The position numbers and the translations under genes are program-made. Shown here piece by piece: positions 24,616 through 37,678 of a stretch of 64,000 bases of DNA. The notes under the pieces were generated by a model, which was not told the DNA's origin, did not search any database, and was given only the letters and a program-made list of their open reading frames with translations. Positions within the stretch are counted from its first letter, which is position 1. Every line of letters begins with the position of its first letter. The stretch is from contig NC_043004.1 of the NCBI RefSeq assembly GCF_006345805.1, positions 60,078,001 through 60,142,000 on the forward strand, written 5' to 3'. This stretch comes from Octopus sinensis. Lineage: Eukaryota.

Positions 24616-24941
24616 TATATTATATATATATATATATATCACCGTCACCGTCACCGACCGGGTTATCAGATGTAGCTACACATCGCTGGTCACAAAGCGC
24701 TTCGCATTGTTTTAGCCTTCAAATGACGCCACCCCGCTGGCTAAGCGAGCAGGCCAACAGAAGAAAGAGTGAGAGAAAGTTGTGCTGAAAGAGTACAGCA
24801 AGGATCGTCACCACTTCCTGCAGGAGCCTCGTGGAACTTGAAGAGTTTTCGCTCAGTAAACACTCACAACGCCCGGTCTGGTAATCGAAACCGCGATCCT
24901 ACGACCGCGAGTCCGCTGCCCTAACCACTCGGCCATTGCGG

Positions 24942-24993
<52 letters not shown>

Positions 24994-25185
24994 TTGTGTA
25001 TTTGTGTGTGTGTATTTATGTGCGTTATATGTTTGTGTTTCTGTCCCCATAAAATAGCGGTTTTGCAAAAGTGACCGATACAATAGGGCTTACAAAGAAT
25101 AAGACCTGGGGTCGATTTGCTCGACTAAAGCGCTGCTCCAGTATGGCCACAGTCAAATGAGTGAAACTAATAAAAGAGTAAAAGC

Positions 25186-25187
<2 letters not shown>
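24410..25187 (+). mobile_element. SINE family B split by a nested SINE family C (5' half 24410-24580, 3' half ~25030-25187)
   Basis: The two halves match the uninterrupted copy at 49080-49480. Confidence 0.85.
24640..24945 (-). mobile_element. SINE family C (variant shared with 54158)
   Basis: Reverse complement of the 54158-54465 copy along its length. Confidence 0.88.
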
Positions 25188-25238
<51 letters not shown>

Positions 25239-26654
25239 CATGTATGTATGTATGTATAATAAGAAACTAAGGAAACAAGTTTCTTCAAAGGAGTGTAAAA
25301 AACACCCAATTCACTGGTTCGTCAGTTGAATACCACATGAATATGTGTATAATTCAAATTACAAACAATAAATTCAATAGAGATACAATTGACTATCCAA
25401 AATTCCTTTATATTATAATATAACATAGTATTCTATGAACGTAATACAATATAATGCAACATAAACAATTTAAAAAAAAAAAAAACAGCCAATAATTCTA
25501 ATAACAAAGCAAAATACAAAGCCAATAATTTGTTTCAACTTATATACATTTCAAATTTCACATTAGTTTGCTTACAGTTTCGTAATTTCAAACTTTTAGA
25601 GATTGTGATCAATCACACTTAGAATGCTTCCTCTGCGCTATTAATCATATTTTACCAAAATGTGAAACGAAAAACGCTGTGCAACTGTTCATGCATCTCT
25701 TAGCCTCGATTCTGTTGCAATCTGTTCTATCAATATATTTTCTTCCTGCATGTCGTTCTGGATCCTAATGCAACTACTGTCTCAAGTCTTATTATTATTA
25801 ATTATAGGTTCAATTTAATATAAGTAGCATACATGTCCGTTACCATCTATTAATTAATTCTAGTATAATATTGAAGATGACAGTTTAACATACGAATGTG
25901 TAGCCTTAATAGTGCTGTATGCATATATTTTTGCTATACAGGATGTTTGTTTGAACTGTTCGCACAAATATATAACTTTAAACAGAAATTTAACTTTTAG
26001 GTGATACATGACTAGATCTTTAGTTTGTTCTCTCTTTATTTGTCCTTTTTGCCCGCACTCTCGAGACCACTATCTCATCTCTCTCACTCAACTATTTACA
26101 TCGTGTTCGTACTTTGTCAATGTTGTAATATAAATAACAAAGCAAAATACAAAATACGCAGAAATTTTTAGAAAAGAAATCCAATTTATAGCTTCCCATA
26201 AGCACTTTGTGATTAAAGAATTCCTAAAAAAAATATCTTTTCATGTTCTTATCGACTGCAGTAAGTAGGAAATTGAAAATTAGAATAAAGATGTGTCTTC
26301 ACACATCCAGCTGCGTGGCTGGGAATCGACTTTTTCTCTCCAATAAAAAAGCACCTCGTCATTCTGTAGACCTATCTCGTACTGCTTCACCAAAGCTCAT
26401 TTCTTTGATAATTCCAGTAAATTCGTCAATGGCGAAAACTAGGTCTTGTGAACTCACTTTGTACCAGTGCCCTGTCACTCTGATGTGTATATATTTTTCA
26501 TTTTGTTGATTCGATATATTTATCACAATACTATCACTTGAACCGGTCGATTACGCTGCGCTCAAAGCAAAGGTTTCGGCGACTGCCTTATTTGTAGTTC
26601 CCTTCTTCGAATAATTATATCTTAAATTCCTTTGATGAGAAATATTTTAGTCAT

Positions 26655-26985
26655 TGGCGCAGGTGTCTCTCTGGGGAAGGAAGCTACATGTTTCCGGGTT
26701 CAGTCCCACTGAACAGCACTTTGAACAAATATCTTTTACTATAGCTTCGAGCCAACCAAAGCACTGTGAGCAAATTTGGTATACGGAAACTGAAAGAAGC
26801 CTGTCGTATATATACATATGTAAACAAGTATGTGTGTGTGTTTGTATATATATATATATATTTATATATGTGCGTGTGTCTTTGCGCGTGTGTGTGTCTG
26901 TGTTTGTCCCCCACCACCGAGACCGATAGATTAAGTACCAGGCTTAAATAAGTAAAAGTTAAGAACTGGGTCGATTCATTCGCTT
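26655..26985 (+). mobile_element. SINE family B, diverged
   Basis: ggcgcaggtgtctctctggggaaggaagc...gggttcagtcccactg...acggaaactgaaagaagcc. Confidence 0.82.
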
Positions 26986-27864
26986 TAATGTACCCGAAAC
27001 CATGAGGTAGGTAAGCAAGCCCTTTACCACACAGCCACTCCTGCGCCTTATGAACTTTCTTTTTACCTAGAGCATAACTGAGAAAACGTCGTTAAAAGTA
27101 TAGTTCAGATGATATAACTTTAATGCCGAGAGTATTCCAGAATGATCCCGCAAAGCTATTCTAGAAACCTTTAACGCCGCTAGATTCCTCCCTCTCAAAG
27201 TTACATGATATTATAGTTCCGCTTGAATACTGGGGGTCGATGTAATCAACTTAATCCCTTCCCTGTAAATGCTGGCCTTGTGCCAAATTTTGAATCAATA
27301 TAAGAAATGAAGGTCCTCTCTCAGCTTTGTATTTCTAGCAATTTCCAACAATCTTCAATCTTCATTGACGTTTTGTTTTTGATATTTTTACCTAGATCGC
27401 ATGAATTTCGGTATTTTTCAAATGTGTAGGCTTTGTATTGGTGATTGGTACTCATATTTATTTTGTGGAAGCACCAACTATCTGTTATTGTAGGAGTGTT
27501 GCTAGTGGTCATGTTTCGGTTACGTGTTCCAGCAGACTCAGCTGTTGCCCTGGACAAACTTTTCATATACAGATTTAAATTTCCATTTCATTGTCAATTT
27601 GTTAATCACAGACCAAACTAGTACTGTATAAGCACTAATGCCCTCTCTCGATTATATATCCCATGCCCCGACGTACAGAAATTGTTTCTGCGTGTATCTT
27701 TCTGAGAAATATTAGTAAGCACACGGGAGTAATACCAAAGCTGACGCAAAAGTGGCCATACAATTATTAACTAAAATAGTGCGATTAAATTGCATATGTT
27801 GATAGAGTAATATTCCCACAATAGTAGACCTTCTCTCCCTGTTCTTCATTATTGCAAGCAAATA

Positions 27865-28800
27865 ATGGATCCCAAGCAGAAATTATGTACCATAAATTTT
27901 AGGTAAGTGTTACAAGCCGCCCGATATCAACAGAAGGTTACAGGTTGTTTTCGGAGATGACTCCTTGAACACGAGCAATATACAGGGGTGCTGAAGATGA
28001 AAGATGTGGAAGCGATATTAAAAACAAAAAAAAATACAGGTAGTGGGAGACCATCGTTTGCGAGCTCTGACACGGAGTGTCAGTGATTGGAAGAATTCTT
28101 TCGCGCAGAGGAGTAACGTAATGTATTACAGAAACCGATAAGAAACTTTGTGTATCAGAAGTGTGTCCATGGTAGGTACCTACGTGGTTGACACTCGATT
28201 TCACAGAGCGAAGGTTGGCAGACTGCGCTTGATTGACTGGAAGGGTTTTAATCCAAAAGACACATGTTTATGCCGATCTATTGATGGAAGATGAAATGCA
28301 TAATACAGTTACGAATGCCCAGTCCATGCTATGGTGAGACAACTTTCTTTTCAAAGCCTGAGAAGTTCAAGAGTCAGTGATCAGCGCAGAACGTTGTGGT
28401 TATTCTTGTTTGTGAATGAGAAAAGCGGCCACGTCCTCTATTTCATTGAACTTAGCTGTATGGTGAATAGTGAGTGGTGGATTTAGACATTTAAAAGATT
28501 ATAAAAAGCAAAGAGACCGAACCTGATTCTGAAACTGATCCGCATTCACTATCACAATATCTTTGCAACACATCAGGCAATTTCGTAAAAGTATCCTCCA
28601 TAGAGAGTAATGTCCGGATATGTCACCCGCCGACTTTCACTTGTTCGGGTCAATTAAAGCGTTTTTAGAGAAAAGGATATAACAGCAGAGACGGGGTGAA
28701 AGCGTTATCTTGGGTATTTTCAAATTAGAGAAGTTTTGCAAAGATGTCACAAAGAATGGAAAAGGTAATCTACTAAAACGCGGAAGTAGTTTCTCTAACA
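27865..28800 (+). pseudogene. Near-full-length decayed mariner transposase (second family)
   Basis: Across frameshifts: MDPKQK, VFGDDSL, GSGRPS, EVCPW*VPTWLT, QSMLW, KPEKFKSQ*SA, MVNSE..TFKRL*KAKRPNL, CPDMSPADFHLFGSIKAFL. Confidence 0.82.
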
Positions 28801-29980
28801 TCAGTGAATGAAAATGTACTCGCTGTCAGAGAAGAGCGGATAAAGCAGTAGAAATTGTTATGATTTTCAAATATTTTGTTTGTTTGTTGTTCACGTAAAA
28901 CCTCAAATGTTTTCGCGAGTTTATTTTCCTCGAAATCATATGAATGCGCTGATGTAGGAATCCAAACATCTTTGTCTCCTTCCAGAGAAGTATTCGGGTT
29001 TGTTCTTAGTACAAGTAAGATAAACTGGTTTGAGTGATCTCTCTCGCAAGTGAATATTCCTTAATTACTGGAATCCAAGGTGATAATAGAATTGTATATA
29101 TTGCACATGACTGTGAACTAATACAAACCCAAAGAACAAGGATAATGAAGCAGAGACTGAGTGTAACTTTAGTCTCACTACTATTGATATAACGTGGGTT
29201 TGTAACATGTTCTTATAGAACCGTCTATGTGGAGACGTAAGGTTCAAAGGTTAAGAGTTTGATGGGATACAGAGGGGTATGGGGAAAATAACTTGGGAGA
29301 TTTTATATGAGACACGCTGCTAGATACGAGAATACCACTGGAAACGCAAGATTATATGTGCTTCAGTGTGTAGGAGAGCACACTTGCACATTTTGCTAAA
29401 GAAGAACAATAACATTTTCTCAAGGGAAAAAGAAACATTATTGAGCTTTAAGGAACGCATTTAGTCATCTACATAATGGACATTTTAAGTTAAGATTGTG
29501 CATATGATTTTATTGAATAATTCATCAATTAACTATATAGCTTCGAGGTATAGTGAAGTTGTTTAGAAATTGGGAAAATTAAACAGCGATACATTCTATG
29601 TTATTGACAAATATGTTACAAACTCATCTTACAAAATGAATGAAAGCTGATTCTTCAAATGTAATTGAATAAAGTCATGAAAGCTCTTAACAGTCATATT
29701 ACACAACCCAATTTAAACCTTTCTAATATTATAGTTAGGATATTCCCTCGCGAATGTTCGTTAGAAAGAGCAGATAAATGCAATTTCACAAGTGACAGAT
29801 TTATCTTATATGCCATGTTCTGTCCTGAAAATATTGAAATTAAAACTGAAGGTAGCTTAATGTGCATATCTTGTAGCGTGCTGGGATTTAGTGTCTGGCA
29901 AATATTTAATATCAATGTAGCAGGAGAGCCAAGTAACACCATTTGGCTTTAAACTATACACTTGTATCTGCCTGTCTGTC

Positions 29981-30011
<31 letters not shown>

Positions 30012-30062
30012 GGGGTGGTGGGGGACAAACACAGACACACACACGCGCAAAGACACACGCAC

Positions 30063-30096
<34 letters not shown>

Positions 30097-30147
30097 GGGG
30101 TGGTGGGGGACAAACACAGACACACACACGCGCAAAGACACACGCAC

Positions 30148-30178
<31 letters not shown>

Positions 30179-30295
30179 CAAACACACACACATACTTGTA
30201 TACATATGTATATATACGACAGGATTCTTTCAGTTTCCGTATACCAAATTTGCTCACAGTGCTTTGGTTGGCTCGAAGCTATAGTAAAAGATATA
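30012..30295 (-). repeat. Local inverted duplicate of 26729-26918 with an extra tandem copy of its terminal ~85 bp
   Basis: About 2 substitutions in ~190 bp relative to the donor; shares the donor's private deviations from other family B copies. Confidence 0.9.
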
Positions 30296-30419
30296 TATAT
30301 ATGGGGTGCAGTATGAGTTGGACTTATTTTAGAGATGAGCTGTGGACAATTATATACAGTTTAATCCCGGAAAATTCCACGCTCTGCGCTACCAACTTCC
30401 ATAACTGAATATCAAATTT

Positions 30420-30612
30420 ACAGAATCAGGCTCGTTCTCTTCGCTTCTATAATCTTTTAAATGTCTAAATCCACCACACACCATTCACCATACAGCTAAG
30501 TTCAAGAAAATAGAGCATATGCCCGCTTTTCTAATTCACAGAATAACCACGACGTTCTGTGCTGATCACTGATTCTTGAGCTTCTCAGGTTTTGTAAAGA
30601 AAGTTTTTACCA
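30420..30612 (-). mobile_element. Fragment of the same mariner family as 27865-28800, inverted
   Basis: Reverse complement aligns to ~28340-28530 at roughly 85% identity by eye. Confidence 0.8.
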
Positions 30613-30622
30613 TATCTCGTTG

Positions 30623-31050
30623 CAACAGCTCAGCTACTGGGAAAGGCTGAAACATCTTAAACTCTAAGCTCTGGAGCAAAGGCAGAAGCGGTATGCAGTA
30701 AAATACATCTGGAATATCCTCGTAGGAATTGTACCAAATTTTGTCATTGGAAGTTACACGAATGCCAGAACTGATCGAGATTGTACAGGGCCAAAGATCC
30801 CAGCAATGCCATCGCGCTTCAGGACGAGCAGTTACTGTAACAGCTTGTGTTTCAGGGCCCTACTGTTTTTAATATTCAGTTAAAGAGCCTGAGGGACATA
30901 CACAAAGTGGATGTAGTTGTTTTCAAATGAAAACTGGACCTCTTCCTATCGAGAGTCCCAGATGAACCCACCTCGAGGGAAGAGATGCAAATGAGGGTAG
31001 CGACGTTACACTCTCTTATTTAACCAAATGCCACATATTAGGGGAGGATT
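30623..31050 (+). mobile_element. CR1/L2-like LINE 3' fragment
   Basis: QLSYWERLKHLKL*ALEQRQKRYAVKYIWNILVGIVPNF...PKIPAMPSRFRT, later LDLFLSRVPDEP; typical post-RT C-terminus. Confidence 0.8.
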
Positions 31051-31580
31051 TCAATAATAACAGAGTTGTAAAACAGTGGTGCGTATGCATTGCCGCAGCT
31101 CTGAGCTGACGCTATAAACCCCCTTTATATATACATGTGTGTGTGTATGTGTGTGGACAAATATTCTATAATTGTATACATAATTATAATCAGGGGTCAG
31201 CTAATTGCTCCGCTACGCATTGAATTAAAAAATAGACGCTAATGCCTTTTCTACTACAACCACAAAGATCTCCGAGAAAGTAACACTTTTTTATGTAGGC
31301 AAAAAGAAAAAAAAATGAATCCACACGACTCAGTTTAGCGACATACGCGTTTCAAGATTAAAGTAAATTTATATTTACTTACTTATTTCTCATCTGAAGT
31401 GCAACGATTCGAAATATATATTTGAGAGTGTTAGGACAAAATATGTACGCAATCAAGCGCCATCGCATAACCGATATTCAACAAACTCCCAAAAATACTG
31501 AAATTACATATATATGTATATGTATACATATACATACACCACGCTAATGTACATGTATATATGTGTATATATATATGTAT

Positions 31581-31654
<74 letters not shown>

Positions 31655-31661
<7 letters not shown>

Positions 31662-32038
31662 TTTTATACTGTCAACTTAACGTGACAGTCCCGTATGGGA
31701 ATTACGCCACCGCGGTTTAGCCCTAGGAAGCACCGAACGCTTCCTGTCGGTTTTGACACATTTTCTGTGTCCTTATATTTGTGAAGGGGAGGCAAGTACC
31801 CCTACCAGCCAAGATTCACACCTGAGGACATGCATGTTTCTGGGTCTTAACACGTTATCAGCCCAGAATGGTGAGATCTGCTGATTGAGGTGCCTGTCCA
31901 GCCTTCCCGAATATATATAAGGACACAGAAAATGTGTCAAAGCCGACAAAAAGCGTTCGATGCTTCCTAGGGCTAAACAGCGGTGGTGTAATTCCCATAC
32001 GGGACTGTCACGTTAAGTTGACAGTATACAACCACTCT
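31655..32038. mobile_element. MITE/fold-back element with ~124-bp TIRs
   Basis: 31655-31778 is the inverse of 31915-32038 with about 7 mismatches; ~136-bp higher-GC spacer. Confidence 0.85.
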
Positions 32039-32116
32039 ATCGCTCCACCACCGCTCATGTCTCTTCGAGACATTTAGAAATTTAATATTTCTGACATATA
32101 TATATATATATATAAT

Positions 32117-32152
<36 letters not shown>

Positions 32153-32607
32153 CAAATGCATATGTATGTTTGTATATAACTGCAAGTCTGTGATTGTGAA
32201 TTTACAGACCTAAATGTCCACTTATAGCCGTCTAGTATATATTAGCATAGCTACCAAAATAAAAAATAAATAAATCGCTTTTCAACTAGCTGTAAGATAT
32301 AATATTTTGTATCATGCTGGACTGTATATTGCCGTTATATTTCCCCAGCGTTTCAAATACAGAATATTATATTCTCGTATTCTCAATTCTTACACAATAC
32401 AATATCATCGCCTTTAACATTGGAATATTCAATGAATTAGGTTTCTTATTTTAATGCACACAGACACCCATAGACACGTATGCACACACGCTAAAAGACA
32501 ATCATAGACTGTACAACCATAGAAATACTCTTACAAGGACATTCATCCATATATACACACAAAGATATACACACAATGTATATGTATATATATATATATA
32601 TATATAT

Positions 32608-32976
32608 ACTAGCAGTATCGCCCGGCGTTGCTCAGGTTTGTAAGGGAAATAACTATAAAGCATTTTTAGAGAGTTATAGCCAAAAAATAGAAAAAAAATG
32701 GAAAAAAATGATGGTAAATTCTTTTTGAGAGTAAAAAAAGGTGGAGTTGCGTCCCCTAGACAGTTTTCTGTTTGTGTTTCTGATTCTCGACCCCATGTCG
32801 AATTTATCGAACTGGGGGAACTTTTCAAAATTTTCGGTGCGTTAGTTTTGAATTATGACATTGGGCTATGTGTGTGTCAAGTTTCATCAGAATCGGTTGA
32901 AAGCCGTGGTCAGGGTGAGGGTACAAGCAAACAGACACACAGAAACACGCACAGACAAACTGCCGTTTATATATAG

Positions 32977-32978
<2 letters not shown>
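32608..32978 (+). mobile_element. Non-autonomous Helitron/Helentron-like element (HINE/DINE-1-like)
   Basis: Starts ACTAGC...CCCGGCGTTGCTC; ends aagtttcatcagaatcgg...(caga)n-like...tttatatatagat, a layout typical of these elements. Confidence 0.65.
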
Positions 32979-33008
<30 letters not shown>

Positions 33009-33329
33009 CTGTGTGCATATATATATATACCTGTACATAATTGCATAATTTTCTTTATTATAAGGGCATATAATATCATATTTCTACCTTTGTTATATAT
33101 TCTACAGTTTTTCTTTATTCTTTATTCTGGCGAATTATCTCACTATGCCTTTCTTTACTGTTGAATGTACGAGTTTTTCATTGCTAAATATTTTATGTAT
33201 TTATATTCATGTTCTACATTGTTTCCATTAGTCTGCGAATATAAAACAGAGAATATAAAATATCTGTATCTTCTACTTCTGGATTATATCACTTAATCTC
33301 ACTGGAATACAACTTATTCACTTACGTAT

Positions 33330-33722
<393 letters not shown>

Positions 33723-34214
33723 GTCAGTGGAACATGCATAAATGTCTTGAACTTTAGTAATATAGTACTACTTCGACGATTATTCTTAGAATATTTAAAT
33801 TATTTTCTGTATATTTGAATTGTATAGTGTTACATTCTAGTAAAATGTCTATAAAATACTTCTGAACAATGTTAAATATGGTACGATGCATAAGTAGAGA
33901 GAACAAGAACTTTCCTGCATAGCTATTTTGTGTCTTATGCTTAGATGTCTAATAATGTTTTTTCATGTTCAATGCAATTCTCAGCATAGACGTGGCTTGT
34001 TTCCATTTTTGCCTATCTGCATATACTGCCTTTTTGACACTAGTTCTTTGACTAAATTAGAAACTTTGAAAATTCAGTGGGAAATTAGAGCATAAGAAAT
34101 TCTTTTCTTAACACTACACGTTGTCAGGTTTGACCCGATATCACACATTTCGATAAATAAATAGATTTTTAACGTGATTTTAAATAGAACCTTCGTGCTA
34201 TGAAACATGTACAT

Positions 34215-34520
34215 GCATGGCATCGTGTTGCTATCAAATATCTGCCGAAAAACGACCGAACCCCCAATGAAGTTCCTAGTGACATTGTTGCTATATTAGG
34301 GGATTACACTCCGGGTTTATGAACATTGAAAAACTGTGCAGCTGAAATATGGAGGAGAAAGAAGATTTTTGAAAATTACATCGTTTCCAGCATAGTGTTA
34401 TGCACGAAATTCGAATGGTTATAAATCAAATAGAGAATTTTATAAGAATATCCGGTACAATGAAGTTCACATGTCGATGGGTTTTTTCTGATGAAGAGCA
34501 CACCCTAGTTATTCTGCTTG
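34215..34520 (+). mobile_element. Mariner transposase N-terminal relic
   Basis: HRVAIKYLPKNDRTPNEVPSDIVAILGDYTPGL*TLKNCAAEIWRRKK resembles the mariner HTH start. Confidence 0.6.
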
Positions 34521-37500
34521 TGAAAATGAGCAGCGAACCTTGTAGTAACAGTATAGTGTAGAGAGAAACTGAAAGTTGAAGGTTATACAATACATGTCGA
34601 TTAGCTGCTTTGCCATTTTTCTTTACTTTGTAAGTTTAACTTCATTGTTTTTAGTTCAGTTTTCAGTTTGTTGTCTTATGATTTTATAATTATATTATCG
34701 CTCTGTCATTACATTATTACGCAATGATGTTATTTACTTAGCAATTAAATTTCTTTGAAGGACAACTGAACCGAGAGTAAGTGAGTCACAGTGATCTGTG
34801 CAAAGAAGATAGAAGTAGAAAAGTAATGAGAGCAGTTAATGTTTTTTTTTAGCTAAGATACAACATTTTTGTATTAGTTACAGTTGAATTATTTGCTGAT
34901 GTCAAAGAAAACTGCCTTGATTTCAATGAGGTATTTCTTGTTGCGCCCACTATTGTTTTCTTTAAGTTTCATGATTTCACTGTTTTGCATGATGTATGCG
35001 CAAATGGATGTGACCCGTGAACCCAGAATGTTTATAAACTGTGCGAATATTTCATCATGAAAATATGCACACATATGAACATATTTTGCAATATTTCTTG
35101 CAAAGTATTTGTGATAAGTGCAGCTCTATTTGCGGCCGGGACGGATTTGTGGTATTTCAGGATCTACGGAAAACCTCTTTGTTTTAGTGTTTGAGAAAAA
35201 TAGCATCCCAAACCATAGCCCAAGTAATTTTTACAGTTTTCTATCACTCCTGATATACTAGAAGTGGACTTTAGTAATCATGGTACTAGTGAGAAAGTGA
35301 AAAGTTTATAGTTAAGGGATGGGGCACCATCAATGAGTTTTCAGGATTTAAAACTGTTACAACAGAGCACTTGAAATGAAGTGAAAAAAGACAAAGTGGA
35401 AAGATCGTAAAAAATCATTTACTCAAAAATGTTCCCAAGAATAGAAAAGGTTAGGAAGAAATTCGTGTTTTCGAAAGATACTGTACATAAGGTTGCTTTA
35501 CATCAATCATTGTAAAAATTACTTCTTCGTTTAAATAAACCGAAATACCACATAAAAATATGTATAAAGGAAGGAAATGCCGTGCGATCAATCTTTACTG
35601 CATTAACTTCATTCTCCTCTAAAAAGAAAACACTGGAACTTTTTGTCCATATCTCAATATTTTTTGAAGTGAGTTATGTTTCTTTCTCGCCCTTTTTAAC
35701 CTCATTTTATACGTTTCTTCATACTCTTCACATCGATTGGGCTACTCACAGCTCGCCATCAGGAAATATATCTTTCAATATAAACATAACCTTCAATTAT
35801 GATTGACGACAGCATCCATATTTCTTGCATAAAACTCGAAGCAATTCAACACCATCTTATGTGATTTCTTTCCACTTCTGTTTTTTAACACATCTATATA
35901 TTTTACTACGCAGAAAATGGAATATTTTACAAGTTGGTTTCGAAAACACAACGATCACTTAACAACAGATTTATTTTTTCCCACTGACGCCTTTCTCACT
36001 TAGACCTGCCAAATAGGAAATTTGCAAGTATGGATTGAATATGTAATATCATGGAACATTTTCAAGTGGCGTTTAGTAGAAGCGTTAGAGTGACAGACAA
36101 AATATCTTGTGGTATTTAGTTACGTCGGTTTACGTTCTGAAAATTCACTATCGTCCATTGGCAGCCATAGCCAACCGTTTATTCTGTGACGATAAAAATG
36201 TAGTAACAGTGAAGTATTCGAGTATTGAGAGTAAGATATATTTAACTCCACCCTTCATCCATAAATTTATGGCATCCAGTCAACGCCACTTGCGTTTACT
36301 CCAATAAATCATGCTATATATGTTAAAAGTATTAAAGAAATATAAATTTAATTGTTAGCGAAATATAAAATTTAAAGATCGGAGAGAGTGTTTTTATTAC
36401 ATTCACTCTCACTTGCCCTATCTTTCTTTTCCTTTTCTCACTTCTCACGCGTTTTACTTCCATTTATCTCTTTTTTAATACTCTTTAAACAATAAAACTA
36501 CTCTTCTATCTCAGATTTTCCCGATTCAAATCGCTGGGCCCGTAAAATATCAATTGAAGGTTAGTGGTCCGGAATAGCATTAATGTTTATTTGCATTGAA
36601 TAGTTTCCATAGCAACTCGTTGTAGAACAAAAGATAACTGATATAATAAGTATCATTGGAAATAAAGTTGACTAATTTGTTATTTTAGTGTCATTTTGTT
36701 GTGATGGATGTTACGTCTACTGTTTAATTTATATATTCATTATACTGTTACTTTTCAATTGGCATATCATTAGCGCTTCTTTTTTTCTTCACTGCTTTGA
36801 AACAACAGAGATAAGATATCAACTAAGAACAAAGCTATATGTCTTTAACATTTATTTCTCGTTTTTTTTTTCCGAGATAACATTCTGTATTTCCTTTAAC
36901 TGTATATATTTAAATTTCCACAATTTATCTGATTCTTTATCAGTCAGTTTATTCATTAATTCATTTATTCAATTATATCAAGGAGCCAAACTAGTTGCTG
37001 CAATAAGAAATGTAATATAAATGAACCTAATGGTCTAAACACTGCAGTGCAAGTAAAGCTATTTTCATACAGATAGAGAGTGTTTAATCATTCACAAGCA
37101 ATAGAAATCTAGGGAATTCTAGGTTTATAGCATTTACAAACACATCATTTTTTTTTATCTTAGTATCAGGAACAATCGTTTTACACAATACCTTATCTGA
37201 AATTAGATTCAGCTCACACCGAGGTCTCAAAAGTAATTTCATTTCCCAAATACTTCATTTTATTTACAAGAGACATCAATGTTTACGTTCTTTGGTGATA
37301 ACAAAGTTGTTTCGTTTCGACAGAAAGCCAACTGTTACTTTGTTTAACAAGATGTAAAACTGGGTTCTTAGTAACACGGGCAAATAGTTGGCATGAACAC
37401 ATGGGTATCGTTTCTTCTATTACTGAAATACAAAGTAAAATCCTTTTCTTCTATTTTTCATAACTGATTTAATTTTCAGAAAAACCAGTTGAACATTTTC

Positions 37501-37554
37501 CGTAATACTAAGAATAATATTAATACCAGCGTTATTATTGTGGTCTTTTTGTGT

Positions 37555-37678
37555 TGTTGTTGCTCTTGTTGTTGTTGTTTGTGTTGGTGGTTGTGTTGGT
37601 GGTGGTGGTGGTGGTGGTGGTGGTGGTGGTGGTGGTGGTGGGGTGGTGGTGGTGGTGGTGGTGGTGGTGGTGGTGGAG
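37555..37678 (+). repeat. (GTT)n/(GGT)n microsatellite
   Basis: Directly visible. Confidence 0.95.

Noticed and set aside
26243-26509. 88-aa ORF and opposite-strand open stretch
   Set aside because: No recognisable domain or splice context; length is within chance expectation.
31333-31400. Minus-strand hammerhead-like motif (CAGATGA...GAAAC gcgtat GTC)
   Set aside because: Core U4 is altered and helix I does not pair; at best a dead relic.
31818-31870. Minus-strand motif tctggg CTGATAA...GAAAC atgcat GTC ctcagg in the MITE spacer
   Set aside because: Essential G8 is missing, helix II is poor, and a competing stem explains the complementarity.
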